Shown here in pieces: positions 8,937 through 18,464 of a stretch of DNA of 40,498 bases. Positions within the stretch are counted from its first letter, which is position 1. Each line of letters opens with the position of its first letter. The translations under genes and the position numbers were made by a program. The notes under the pieces were generated by a model. That model was given only the letters and a program-made list of their open reading frames with translations. It was not told where the DNA came from and searched no databases. This DNA is from an uncultured Alphaproteobacteria bacterium (lineage in GTDB: Bacteria > Pseudomonadota > Alphaproteobacteria > Caulobacterales > Caulobacteraceae): NCBI GenBank assembly GCA_903928755.1, contig CAIYSH010000222.1, forward strand, positions 1 to 40,498. The letters run 5' to 3'.

Positions 8937-9475
8937 AGCGTCCCGTCCGCCCGGAGGAGCAGAGGCTCTGGTCCATGGTCGCCGCCACGGTCCATCCCCT
9001 GCCTGGCCGTCCTCATCCCGAGGGGCCGTCGGCCATTCCCGATACAGCAGCTCCAGGGGAGGCCCTGTCGCCGCCAAAGCCGGGGGCGGGCGGCCTGACG
9101 GCAGGGCCGGTTCCCGCAAGGCCCGGTCTTGCGCCGCCGCCGCCGTCCAAGGTCATCGAACCGGGCCGCCGACACCGGATTGCCCGGGAGCGCGACCCCA
9201 TCGGTGCCCACATAGACCTGCACGGCATGGATCAGGCCCGGGCCCGCACGGTGCTGGAGGCCTTCATCTTCCGCAGCTGGAATGAGGGCATGCGGGCAGT
9301 TCTGGTGATTACCGGCAAGGGCCTGCGCGGAGACGGGGTCCTGCGGCGCATGACCCCCGAATGGCTGGCAGACGCGAGACTGCGGGATGTGGTGGCAGGC
9401 ATTTCAGAGGCCCAGAGGCGACATGGGGGGGAGGGCGCGCTCTATGTCGCCCTCAAGCGTCACCCCCGCGCCTGA
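8933..9475 (+). CDS. Smr/MutS2 domain endonuclease
   Basis: IDLHGM, VLVITGKG, HGGEGALYV motifs. Confidence 0.92.
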   Translation: MKRPVRPEEQRLWSMVAATVHPLPGRPHPEGPSAIPDTAAPGEALSPPKPGAGGLTAGPVPARPGLAPPPPSKVIEPGRRHRIARERDPIGAHIDLHGMDQARARTVLEAFIFRSWNEGMRAVLVITGKGLRGDGVLRRMTPEWLADARLRDVVAGISEAQRRHGGEGALYVALKRHPRA

Positions 9476-10710
9476 CCCTTGCCCCAGCGGGCGGCCCAGG
9501 CGGTGATGCCCACATCGCCGGTGACATTGCCGATGGTCCGGGAAAAGTCCGGCAGGGTCTCCACGGCCAGCAACAGGGGCAGGAGCTCCATGGGGACTCC
9601 CATGGCCCCGCAGATCGGCACCATGGTTGCAAAGAAGGTTATGGAGCTGGCAACGCCCACGGCGGCAAGGCTGACAATGCAGGCGACGACGACCCCGACC
9701 GCCAGCTGGGCTGGCCCCAGATGCACCCCGTAAATGTGCGCCACATAGATGGCGACGGCCAGATTTCCGGCCGGGCTGGTGATCCGGAACAGGGCCACCG
9801 CCATGGGCAGGACCAGGCCCCTGACGCTCTGGGAGATGCCGAGCCTTTCCGTGGCTTCCAGCATGACCGGCAAGGACGCCAGGGAGGACTGGGTCGAGAT
9901 CGCCATGGCCTCTACCGGGATCAGGGCGGTCAGCAGCTTTCCTCCCGGAATCCGCCCGCCGAAGACCGCCATGACCAGACCGAGCACCCCGGCCAGCAGG
10001 CACATGATCGAGACGATGATCACGTATTGACCCAGTATGCCAACCGCTCCGAAACCCGTCCTGGCACCCACCACAAAGGCCAGAAGGAAGACCCCCAGGG
10101 GGGCGATCTTCAGGACCCAGTCGACAATGACCATCATCGTCGCCTGGACCGCATCAAACAGGCTGAACAGCACCTCCCGTCGGCCGGTCTCCAGCCGGGT
10201 CGCGGCAAGGCCGAAAACCAGCCCGAAGAAGACGATGGAGGCCATCGCCCCCTCAGCTGCCGCCTTGACCGGATTGGCGGGAATGAAGGATTTCAGCATC
10301 TCCATCATGGGTGGCGAGGCGGGAACCTGGGAACCCAGGCCCACAGCCGAGGCACGCAGGGCTTCTGCCGCGGCCAGGGGTGCTGGCCACAGGTCCAGCA
10401 GGGCCGGGGTGGCGATGGCGGCAATGGTGGTCGAGACCAGGAGCATGACCGCAAAAACCAGCAGGGTGCGACCGGGCAGTCCGCCGCCCTTCAGGGTGCC
10501 GGCCGCCTGGGCCACGCCCACCACCAGCAGGGAAAAGACCAGGGGGATGATGGTCATGCGAAGGGCGTCGAGCCAGATGCCCCCCAGGGCCTCGCAGGTC
10601 GACACCAGCTGTGCCGCCAGACCCGGTTGCAGGTGCGGCGACAGGGCCCCGAGAACAAGGCCCAGGATCAGGCCAATGAGAATACGGGTTGTAAGGGCGT
10701 GGAACGTCAT
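9460..10710 (-). CDS. Dicarboxylate/amino acid:cation symporter (DAACS/GltP family)
   Basis: Multi-TM protein with LRMTIIPLVF, P.NP, STQSS.ASLP and a C-terminal D..RT..NV.GD motif. Confidence 0.9.
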   Translation of the reverse strand: MTFHALTTRILIGLILGLVLGALSPHLQPGLAAQLVSTCEALGGIWLDALRMTIIPLVFSLLVVGVAQAAGTLKGGGLPGRTLLVFAVMLLVSTTIAAIATPALLDLWPAPLAAAEALRASAVGLGSQVPASPPMMEMLKSFIPANPVKAAAEGAMASIVFFGLVFGLAATRLETGRREVLFSLFDAVQATMMVIVDWVLKIAPLGVFLLAFVVGARTGFGAVGILGQYVIIVSIMCLLAGVLGLVMAVFGGRIPGGKLLTALIPVEAMAISTQSSLASLPVMLEATERLGISQSVRGLVLPMAVALFRITSPAGNLAVAIYVAHIYGVHLGPAQLAVGVVVACIVSLAAVGVASSITFFATMVPICGAMGVPMELLPLLLAVETLPDFSRTIGNVTGDVGITAWAARWGKGQARG

Positions 10711-10822
10711 GGACGCAGGATTGCCACAAGTCGGGCCTGTGACCAGCTCAAAACGTAAATCCGACCCCGGCATGCTGAAGGCGCCTGCTCATCTGGCGGG
10801 TTTCTGCCTATGCTTGCCAACC

Positions 10823-11434
10823 ATGCGTCCTGTCTTTCCCGCCCTTGTGTTCCTGGCCCTGGCTATGCCTGCGGCCGCGGCTGATCGGGGCAGCGTCCAT
10901 CCCCGGGAGACCGTGCGGGATGCCGTCCTGGCACCCCTTGAGGATCTGAACCTGAAGGAAACGCCCATACCGGAGGTTCTGTCCCGGGCCCGATCGGAGC
11001 CCTATGCCCTTCATGGCCTGGATCACTGTGAGGCGATTGCTGCGGAAATAGGTCGGCTGGATGCGGCCCTGGGCCCTGACCTTGACGAGGTTCCGCCCCC
11101 GGACAGACGATCGGATGCCGCCCGGCTTGCTGCTGAGATCAAGGGTGCGGGTCTGGCCGAAGTGCGCGACAGGTCCCGATCCCTGCTGCCGGTTCGCGGC
11201 TGGGTGCGGAAAATCAGCGGTGCCGCCGCCCATGACCGTAAACTGGTCGCCGCCATCCGCGCAGGCGAGGTCCGGCGGGGCTTTCTGAAAGGCACGGGCA
11301 TGCACATGAACTGTGCGCCGCCGGCGGCGCCGTCCTGGTTCGTTCCTCACAAGCCGAAGCCCCCATCCCCACCAGCCCGTCTGTGGGACAGGTTCCTGGC
11401 CTGGTTCCGCCAGTGGTGGCCGTGGCACCGATAG
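10823..11434 (+). CDS. Exported hypothetical protein
   Basis: ATG 10823 gives a signal peptide (MRPVFPALVFLALAMPAAA); PLEDLNL, C..I..EI..LD..LG.D and RR.FLKG....NC segments; fills the gap between the symporter and hisE. Confidence 0.75.
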   Translation: MRPVFPALVFLALAMPAAAADRGSVHPRETVRDAVLAPLEDLNLKETPIPEVLSRARSEPYALHGLDHCEAIAAEIGRLDAALGPDLDEVPPPDRRSDAARLAAEIKGAGLAEVRDRSRSLLPVRGWVRKISGAAAHDRKLVAAIRAGEVRRGFLKGTGMHMNCAPPAAPSWFVPHKPKPPSPPARLWDRFLAWFRQWWPWHR

Positions 11435-11445
11435 ACGGCCCCTGC

Positions 11446-11787
11446 TTAACCCGGCTCGTTCTCAGGGTTCCGGCCGGCTTTTTCTGCGAGGCCCGATGTG
11501 CCCTCCCGGGCTTCGAGTTTCGCAGCCACCGCATCGAGGGAGACACCCGCTGCCGTAAGCAGGACGAGGAAGTGATAGACAAGATCGGCGCTCTCTGCGG
11601 CCAGACTGTCGGGATTGCCCTGAATGGCGGCGATGACCACCTCGACGGCTTCCTCCCCGAACTTCTTGGCGGGACGTTCAATCCCCTGGGCCAGCAGCTG
11701 GGCGGTATAGGAGCTGTCGGGATCAGTTCCCTGCCTGGCTGCTATGGTCGCTGAAAGCCGCGCCACGGCCTCTGAAAACCGGGTCAT
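11446..11787 (-). CDS. hisE: Phosphoribosyl-ATP pyrophosphatase
   Basis: [21 protein letters not shown] motifs. Confidence 0.96.
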   Translation of the reverse strand: MTRFSEAVARLSATIAARQGTDPDSSYTAQLLAQGIERPAKKFGEEAVEVVIAAIQGNPDSLAAESADLVYHFLVLLTAAGVSLDAVAAKLEAREGTSGLAEKAGRNPENEPG

Positions 11788-12581
11788 GCGTGCATCTCCG
11801 ACTGGCGAACGGGTATGCCTGCCGCAGCCATGGCCGCCTTGACCTGGGCGATGGAGACATCTCCGAAGTGGAAGATCGAGGCGGCGAGGACGGCATCGGC
11901 CCCACCGGTCAGGACCGCGTCGACCATATGCCGGGCATTTCCGGCACCACCCGAGGCGATCACCGGCACATTTACCGCCGACGTGACGGCTTTCAGCAGG
12001 TCCAGATCATAGCCGGTCCTGGCCCCATCTCGGTCCATGGAGGTCAGCAGGATCTCGCCAGCCCCGCGTTTTACCGCGTCCACGGCATAATCCACCACAT
12101 CCAGGCCGGTGTCAGTCCGGCCGCCATAGGTGAAGACCCGCCAGCCGTCATTGCCGCGGCCGCCCCCCGAAACCGACGGACCGTGCTTGGCGTCAATGGC
12201 CACCACGACTGCCTGGGACCCGAAGGCATCGGCGCAGTCGCTGATCAGATCGCGGTTTTCTACGGCGGCGGTGTTGATGCTGATCTTGTCGGCCCCGGCC
12301 AGCAGCAGGCGCCTTGCATCCTCAACCTTGCGGATGCCGCCCCCGACCGACAGGGGCATGAAGCAGACATCCGCCGTCCGGGCGATGACGTCGAGAATGG
12401 CCCCCCGGCCTTCATGGCTGGCGGTGATGTCCAGGAACATCAGTTCATCAGCCCCGGCCGCATCATAGGCCCGGGCCTGTTCCACCGGATCGCCGGCGTC
12501 GCGCAGGGCGACGAAGTTCACGCCCTTGACCACCCGGCCATCCTTGACGTCGAGACAGGGTATGACGCGGACCTTGAGCAT
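11784..12581 (-). CDS. hisF: Imidazole glycerol phosphate synthase cyclase subunit
   Basis: [45 protein letters not shown] motifs. Confidence 0.98.
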   Translation of the reverse strand: MLKVRVIPCLDVKDGRVVKGVNFVALRDAGDPVEQARAYDAAGADELMFLDITASHEGRGAILDVIARTADVCFMPLSVGGGIRKVEDARRLLLAGADKISINTAAVENRDLISDCADAFGSQAVVVAIDAKHGPSVSGGGRGNDGWRVFTYGGRTDTGLDVVDYAVDAVKRGAGEILLTSMDRDGARTGYDLDLLKAVTSAVNVPVIASGGAGNARHMVDAVLTGGADAVLAASIFHFGDVSIAQVKAAMAAAGIPVRQSEMHA

Positions 12582-13312
12582 CAGAGGGCGACTTTCAGGG
12601 CCTCGGCCGGATCAATGGCCCCGTTATAGAGGGCGCGGCCAAGAACGGCGCCGGCGATGGGTGTGCCCTTGTGGGCCTGGAGCCGGACAATGTCATCGAC
12701 CGTGGCCAGACCGCCTGCGGCTATGACCGGAATGGAAACGGCGTCGGCTATGGCCCCGAAGGCTTCGACATCGAAGCCCATGACCGTTCCGTCCCGGTCG
12801 ATGTCGGTGATGATCAGGGCCCCGACCCCGCCATCCTCGAACCGCCTGGCCACCGTCACGGCGTCGAGATCCGTGCTTTCGGTCCAGCCCTGGGTGGCAA
12901 CCTTGCCGCCGCGGATGTCGATGCTGACCGCAATCTGTTCCGGCCAGAGGAAGGCGGCCTCATTGACGATGTGGGGCAGGGTCACGGCAATGGTGCCAAG
13001 GATTACCCGGGAAACTCCGGCCTCGATCCAGCGTTCGATGTCCTTGAGGGAGCGGATGCCGCCCCCCAGCTGGACGGGAACCGAAACGGATTCAAGTATG
13101 GCCTCCACGGCTTTTTCATTGATGGCCCGCCCCTCGACGGCACCGTTCAGGTCGACCACATGCAGCCAGTGGAACCCGGAGCCCGCCCAGGCCCGGGCCT
13201 GATCGGCGGGGGAGGCGTTGAACACGGTGGCGGTATTGAGGTCGCCATGGAGGACGCGCACGCACTGGCCGTCCTTGAGATCGATGGCCGGATAAAGGAT
13301 CAAGGTCGCCAC
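12581..13312 (-). CDS. hisA: ProFAR isomerase
   Basis: [34 protein letters not shown] motifs. Confidence 0.97.
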   Translation of the reverse strand: MATLILYPAIDLKDGQCVRVLHGDLNTATVFNASPADQARAWAGSGFHWLHVVDLNGAVEGRAINEKAVEAILESVSVPVQLGGGIRSLKDIERWIEAGVSRVILGTIAVTLPHIVNEAAFLWPEQIAVSIDIRGGKVATQGWTESTDLDAVTVARRFEDGGVGALIITDIDRDGTVMGFDVEAFGAIADAVSIPVIAAGGLATVDDIVRLQAHKGTPIAGAVLGRALYNGAIDPAEALKVAL

Positions 13313-13932
13313 TCCAGGAAGCGCGCCAGCAGGGCCAGACCGGCGCTCTGTGACTTTTCAGGATGAAACTGCACGCCCGCAACATTGTCCCGGGCGACCG
13401 CGGCGGGGAAGGCCCCGCCATGATCGACATAGGCCGCCACATGGGCGGGGTCGTCCGGAAAGAATGCGAAGGAGTGGGTGAAATACATGGGGGCGTCGCC
13501 AATCCCGGCAATCAGGGGCGGGCCGTGCGGATCCATCAGGTTGTTCCAGCCCATATGCGGCACCTTGGCCTCCGGAGTGGAGGGGGAAATGCGCTTCACG
13601 TCGCCGGGAATCCAGCCCAGACCTGTGGTCTCGCCAAACTCCAGCCCACGGCTGGCGACCAGCTGCATGCCGACACAGATTCCGAGAAAGGGCCTGCCCT
13701 TGCGACGGACAGCTTCATCCAGAGCCGCTTCCAGACCTGGCCTGGCCTGAAAGGCCCGCATGCAGGCGGCGAAGGCTCCGACGCCGGGCAGGACAATACG
13801 GTCGGCGCTGAGGATATCTTCCGGTGCACAGGTCACGACGATTTCCGCCGTGCCGTCAGCCGCACGGATGAGCGCCTTTTCAGCCGAGCGCAGATTGCCC
13901 GAGCCATAGTCGATCAGGGCGACCTTGTTCAT
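13300..13932 (-). CDS. hisH: IGP synthase glutamine amidotransferase subunit
   Basis: DYGSGNL, LPGVG, GICVGMQ, PHMGWN, QFHPEKS motifs. Confidence 0.98.
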   Translation of the reverse strand: MNKVALIDYGSGNLRSAEKALIRAADGTAEIVVTCAPEDILSADRIVLPGVGAFAACMRAFQARPGLEAALDEAVRRKGRPFLGICVGMQLVASRGLEFGETTGLGWIPGDVKRISPSTPEAKVPHMGWNNLMDPHGPPLIAGIGDAPMYFTHSFAFFPDDPAHVAAYVDHGGAFPAAVARDNVAGVQFHPEKSQSAGLALLARFLEWRP

Positions 13933-13937
13933 CGGAT

Positions 13938-14528
13938 CTAGAGCACGCCCTTGGTGGAGGGGGCCTGGCCCAGGGTCTTGGGGTCCAGCTCGACCGCGTC
14001 ACGCAGGGCCCGGGCCAGGGCCTTGAAACCGCTCTCGGCAATATGGTGGCTGTTGTCCCCATAGAAGGTTTCCAGGTGGACGCAGGCCCCGCAGTTCATG
14101 GCAAAGGCGTGGTGGAATTCCTTGAACAGCTCGGTGTCCATGTCGCCGACCTTGGGGGTCCTGTAGGTCACCTTCCAGATCAGATAGGCGCGGTTGGACA
14201 GGTCCAGGGCGCAACGGGTCAGGGTCTCGTCCATGGGAACATAGGCATGGCCGAACCGCCGGACACCCTTGAAACCGTCGAGGGCCTGGTTGAAGGCCTG
14301 ACCCAGGACAATGCCGGTATCTTCCACCGTGTGGTGCTGGTCGATATGCAGGTCGCCCTGGGTGCGGACCCTGAGGTCAAAGCCCCCGTGCCGGGCAAAG
14401 CTGTCCAGCATGTGGTCGAAAAAGCCGATACCGGTGGCGATGTCAGAAACGCCGGTTCCATCCAGGTCGAGGCTGATCTCGATCTGGGTCTCCTTGGTAT
14501 TGCGAACCACCTGGGCTGTGCGCGCCAT
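13938..14528 (-). CDS. hisB: Imidazoleglycerol-phosphate dehydratase
   Basis: R.TKET, FFDHML, D.HHTVED, N.HHIAE..FKA, PSTKG.L motifs. Confidence 0.98.
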   Translation of the reverse strand: MARTAQVVRNTKETQIEISLDLDGTGVSDIATGIGFFDHMLDSFARHGGFDLRVRTQGDLHIDQHHTVEDTGIVLGQAFNQALDGFKGVRRFGHAYVPMDETLTRCALDLSNRAYLIWKVTYRTPKVGDMDTELFKEFHHAFAMNCGACVHLETFYGDNSHHIAESGFKALARALRDAVELDPKTLGQAPSTKGVL

Positions 14529-14530
14529 GA

Positions 14531-15520
14531 TCAGAGTCCCTTCTGCGCGGCCAGATCGGCCAGGCGGACCTGCGGCCGCGGGCCATAATGCGAAATGACT
14601 TCGGCCGCCGCCAGCGAGCCCAGCTGGCCGCAGACCTCCAGGGGCCGGTCGGCGGCGAGGCCGAACATGAAGCCGGCGGCATACTGGTCTCCGGCACCGG
14701 TGGTGTCGATCACCCTGTCGACGGAAAAGGCCGCAACTTCCACGGCTTCGGTTCCGCGCAGGATGACAGACCCCCCTGCGCCGCGGGTCACTGCCGCCAG
14801 CTTGACCTTGGTCCGCAGGCGGCTGAGGGCCTCCAGGAAATCATCGGTCTCGAACAGGGTGCAGACTTCATTCTGGTTGGCGAAGACCAGGTCTACCTGG
14901 GTTTCGAGGAAGGCCAGCAGGCCTTCCCGATGACGCTCGGCGACAAAGCCGTCCGAGAGGGTCAGGGCGATCATCCGACCACTGGCCCGGGCCAGGCCTG
15001 CGGCCTTGGCAAAGGCACGGCGGGCGGCTTCAGCGTCGAACAGATAGCCTTCCAGATAGACGATCCGGGCCGCCTCGATGATTTTCGCGTCGACATCGTC
15101 AGCGGTGAATTCCGTGGAGGCCCCCAGGAAGGTGCACATGGTGCGCTCGCCGTCCGGGGTGACATTGATCAGGCTGCGGGCTGTGGCGGGACCGCCGATC
15201 AGGGGTGGGGTGTCGAAATGGGCCCCGATGGCCCGCATGTCATGGACGAAGACGTCGCCGAGCTGGTCCTTTGCCACCTTGCCCATATAGGCAGCCCGTC
15301 CGCCGAAGCTGGCAATGCCGGCAATGGTATTGCCTGCTGATCCGCCAGAGGTTTCGACCCCGGCCGCCATGCGGGAATAGAGGTCGGTGCTGCGGACCTC
15401 ATCGACCAGCATCATGGCCCCCTTGTCGAGACCTTCGGCCTGGAGGAAGGTGTCCTCGGCGGGCGCGATCACATCGACAATGGCATTGCCGATGGCGGCG
15501 ACGTCGTAAAGCAGCGTCAT
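14531..15520 (-). CDS. PfkB family kinase (adenosine kinase-like)
   Basis: GNAIVD, GGSAGNT, DGERTM, DTTGAGD..AAGF motifs. Confidence 0.92.
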   Translation of the reverse strand: MTLLYDVAAIGNAIVDVIAPAEDTFLQAEGLDKGAMMLVDEVRSTDLYSRMAAGVETSGGSAGNTIAGIASFGGRAAYMGKVAKDQLGDVFVHDMRAIGAHFDTPPLIGGPATARSLINVTPDGERTMCTFLGASTEFTADDVDAKIIEAARIVYLEGYLFDAEAARRAFAKAAGLARASGRMIALTLSDGFVAERHREGLLAFLETQVDLVFANQNEVCTLFETDDFLEALSRLRTKVKLAAVTRGAGGSVILRGTEAVEVAAFSVDRVIDTTGAGDQYAAGFMFGLAADRPLEVCGQLGSLAAAEVISHYGPRPQVRLADLAAQKGL

Positions 15521-15643
15521 GGGGCAGGAACTTTCGGCAAGGTCGACCTGGGCGGCTGACTACAGGTAAAGCCGCCCTTGGGCAACGCAGGGCCTGTTGT
15601 CACAGGCTCCATCAGGCATGAATTTCAGAAAAGGATCTGGAGG

Positions 15644-16474
15644 ATGGGCAAAATCTTGAACCTGGCGGCTGTCTTGATCCTGCTTCTGATGGCGCCTCAG
15701 GCCCGGGCCTCGGGGTCATCGGGTGACGGGTGGACACCGGTGGATCCGGAAAACCTGCTGGTGATCGACACCAGCCGGGGCCGAATTCTGGTGGCCATGT
15801 CGCCGGAGCTGGCCCCCAGGGCGGTAGAGCGGATCCGGCTACTGGCGCGGGAGCATGTCTATGACGGCCTGCTGTTCCATCGGGTGATTGACGGCTTTGT
15901 CGACCAGACCGGAAATCCCAATAATCGCGACGGCGGGGTCTCCAGCCATGGCGACCTGGCACCGGAATTCGTCGCCCGGCTGAGCCCCGGACACTTCCTG
16001 GCCGTCCGCTCGGCCAGTGACAGCCAGCAGGGTTTTGTCGGCGCGGTTCCGGCGGAAGCCGTCCCGGCGGCGGAGGCTGCCCGGTCTGCCGACGGCAAGC
16101 TGCGTCTCTGGGGGGCCTATTGCCCTGGCGTGGCCGGCATGGGCCGCCAGGCCGATCCCGGCAGCGCCAATTCCGAAATCTTCTTCATGCGGGATTCCAG
16201 CCGGCGGCTGGATCGCGACTATACGGTCTGGGGCAGGGTGGTGGTCGGTCTCGATGTCGTCCGGGCCGTTGCGGTGGGTGAGCCCCCGGCCAAGCCTGAC
16301 AGGATGATCAGGGTGGCGGTCGCTGCGGATCTGCCTGTCGGCAGCCGACCCGGTATCGAGATCATGAAGGGGACGTCTCCGGTCTTCCGCAAGCTGGTTT
16401 CGAAGGCGCGCAGGGCCCGGGGCGCCGATTTCACCGTCTGTGATTTGGAGCTTCCCGCCCGGCCTGTCCCCTAA
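15644..16474 (+). CDS. Exported cyclophilin-type peptidyl-prolyl isomerase
   Basis: Signal peptide from ATG 15644; YDG..FHRVIDGF, SANSE.F, LD..YTVWG.V motifs. Confidence 0.9.
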   Translation: MGKILNLAAVLILLLMAPQARASGSSGDGWTPVDPENLLVIDTSRGRILVAMSPELAPRAVERIRLLAREHVYDGLLFHRVIDGFVDQTGNPNNRDGGVSSHGDLAPEFVARLSPGHFLAVRSASDSQQGFVGAVPAEAVPAAEAARSADGKLRLWGAYCPGVAGMGRQADPGSANSEIFFMRDSSRRLDRDYTVWGRVVVGLDVVRAVAVGEPPAKPDRMIRVAVAADLPVGSRPGIEIMKGTSPVFRKLVSKARRARGADFTVCDLELPARPVP

Positions 16475-17145
16475 GTCTTGCCCCGGGAGGGGCAGAGGTC
16501 GGCAAGCGGGCACGCATCACATTTCTGTCGCCGGGCCAGGCAGACATAGCGTCCGTGCAGGATCAGCCAGTGATGGGCCCTGACCCTGGCGGCTTCAGGG
16601 ACAATGGCCATCAGTTCGGCCTCGACCTGATCCGGGGTCCTTCCCCTGGCCAGACCCAGACGATGGGCAACGCGGAAGACATGGGTATCGACGGCAATGG
16701 CCGGTTCAATACCCAGCTCATTGAGCACGACGCTGGCGGTCTTGCGGCCAACCCCCGGCAGGGCCTGAAGATCGTCGCGGTTCAGCGGAACCTCGCCCCC
16801 ATGCTGCTCGACAATGATCCTGGCGGCGGCGATGACATTCCTGGCCTTGGTCCGGAACAGGCCGATGGACGAGATCAGCGGGATCAGTCCGTCCTCCCCC
16901 AGGGCCAGCATGGCCTCGGGGGTGTCGGCCACGGCAAACAGTCTGGCTGTGGCCTTGTTGACCTGGACGTCAGTGGCCTGGGCCGACAGGGCGACCGCGG
17001 TGACCAGGGTATAGGGGCTGGAATAGTCCAGCTCGGTGCGGGGGTCCTCCGACAGGCTTTCGAACCGTGTGAAGATCTCGCTGATGCGCGCCCGCTCGGC
17101 GGGGGCCAGACGACGGGAGGGTTGAGATTGCGGTGACTTTGCCAT
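16471..17145 (-). CDS. nth: Endonuclease III
   Basis: LSAQATD..VN, HhH motif LPGVGRKTA, AVDTHV.R, C-x6-C-x2-C-x5-C Fe-S motif; start ATG 17145. Confidence 0.97.
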   Translation of the reverse strand: MAKSPQSQPSRRLAPAERARISEIFTRFESLSEDPRTELDYSSPYTLVTAVALSAQATDVQVNKATARLFAVADTPEAMLALGEDGLIPLISSIGLFRTKARNVIAAARIIVEQHGGEVPLNRDDLQALPGVGRKTASVVLNELGIEPAIAVDTHVFRVAHRLGLARGRTPDQVEAELMAIVPEAARVRAHHWLILHGRYVCLARRQKCDACPLADLCPSRGKT

Positions 17146-17235
17146 TCCGTAACCATGGGGTGATCGCCCCCCTTTCGCCAAGTCCCTGTCAGGCGTAGTC
17201 CTAGGGCAGGGTCTGACTTTCGCGAGGCAGGAGCT

Positions 17236-17715
17236 TTGGACGATCTCGTTTTCATGGACGCCGAAATCCGGCCGCACCGGTCCCTGTCGGAAAAGGGATT
17301 CATTGTGCTGATTTCGGTGGTCACGGCCGTGAACTGTATCTGTGCCGCGGTCTTTCTGGCCATGGGGGCCTATTTCGTTCCCTTCTTCCTGGGTCTTGAT
17401 GTGGTGGCGGTGCTGGTTGCCTTTCTGTCCAGCTATGCGGCGGCGCGGCAGATCGAGCGGGTCCTGGTGACCGATCGCAGCGTCAGGATCACCTATGAGA
17501 CGCCGGGGGCCGTCCGGCTGGTCTGGGAAAGCCCGACCGCCTTCACCCGGGTCAATCTCTATGCCGATGATGATCAGTTGCAGGATCTCCGGGTCGCCCT
17601 GTCCGGCAAGGAGGCCCAGGTCGCCCGCGCGCTCGGCCCGGCAGAGCGGGCACAGTTTGCAGACGCCCTTGAGGGGGCCATCCATCAGGCGCGACGTACG
17701 CGATACGTGGTCTAG
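17236..17715 (+). CDS. DUF2244-like membrane protein
   Basis: PHRSLS..GF, two TM segments, C-terminal L...ER..FA.AL; divergent from nth. ATG 17254 is an alternative start. Confidence 0.8.
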   Translation: MDDLVFMDAEIRPHRSLSEKGFIVLISVVTAVNCICAAVFLAMGAYFVPFFLGLDVVAVLVAFLSSYAAARQIERVLVTDRSVRITYETPGAVRLVWESPTAFTRVNLYADDDQLQDLRVALSGKEAQVARALGPAERAQFADALEGAIHQARRTRYVV

Positions 17716-17717
17716 GC

Positions 17718-18464
17718 ATGGCCTTCAGCGATGATGAGGTGGAGCGCTATGCCCGGCATCTGGTCCTGCGCGAGGTCGGCGGGCCAGGTCAGCAGGCGCT
17801 GAAGGCCGCCAGGGTCGCCCTGGTGGGAGCGGGTGGTCTGGGTGCGCCTGCCGCGCTCTATCTGGCCGCAGCGGGCATCGGGGCCCTGACCCTGGTGGAT
17901 CCCGACGTGGTGGATCTCAGCAATCTCCAGCGCCAGGTCCTCTATGCCGAGGCCGACCTGGGTCGCCCCAAGGTCGAGGCCGCCGCTGCCAGGCTCAGGA
18001 CCCTGAACCCGCATGTCGGTGTGACCGCCATCCAGGTGGCCCTGACGGGAGAAACCGCCCTCGACCTGTTGTCAGGCCATGATCTGGTGCTGGACGGCAC
18101 GGACGACTTTGCCACCCGGTTTGCGGTCAATGAGGCCTGTTTCCAGCTCGGCCTGCCCCTGGTTTCGGGCGCCATGGGCCGCTGGACCGGACAGGTCGGC
18201 GTCTTTGGTGCCCGACCCTGCTATCGCTGTCTGGTTCCTGACATTCCGCCGGATGCCGAGACCTGTTCGGCGGTGGGCGTCATCGGCGCCCTGGCCGGAG
18301 TGATCGGCTCGATGATGGCCCTGGAGGCGATCAAGCTGATCACCGGGGCGGGAGAGCCCCTGACCGGGCGTCTGCTGATCTATGATGCCCTGTCGGCCCA
18401 GACCCGGACCGTGAAGATCGGGGCTGATCCGGGATGCCCGACCTGCGGCGGTCTAGAGCATTGA
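17718..18464 (+). CDS. moeB: MoeB/ThiF family adenylyltransferase
   Basis: RYARH, GAGGLG, SNLQRQ, PCYRC and CPTC Zn motifs. Confidence 0.88.
   Translation: MAFSDDEVERYARHLVLREVGGPGQQALKAARVALVGAGGLGAPAALYLAAAGIGALTLVDPDVVDLSNLQRQVLYAEADLGRPKVEAAAARLRTLNPHVGVTAIQVALTGETALDLLSGHDLVLDGTDDFATRFAVNEACFQLGLPLVSGAMGRWTGQVGVFGARPCYRCLVPDIPPDAETCSAVGVIGALAGVIGSMMALEAIKLITGAGEPLTGRLLIYDALSAQTRTVKIGADPGCPTCGGLEH

Noticed and set aside
9361-10822. Two 465-aa plus-strand ORFs overlapping the symporter
   Set aside because: Antisense shadows typical of high-GC DNA; only the part from ATG 10823 looks like a real gene.
17146-17685. Long N-terminal extension of Nth in the ORF track
   Set aside because: It is the antisense of the DUF2244-like gene; Nth homology starts after ATG 17145.
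13937-18460. TCTAGAGCA at the hisB (13937) and dehydrogenase (18452) stop codons, matching the terminus of the 19478 element
   Set aside because: Explained by Leu-stop coding (CTC TAG); no hairpin arms adjoin either site.
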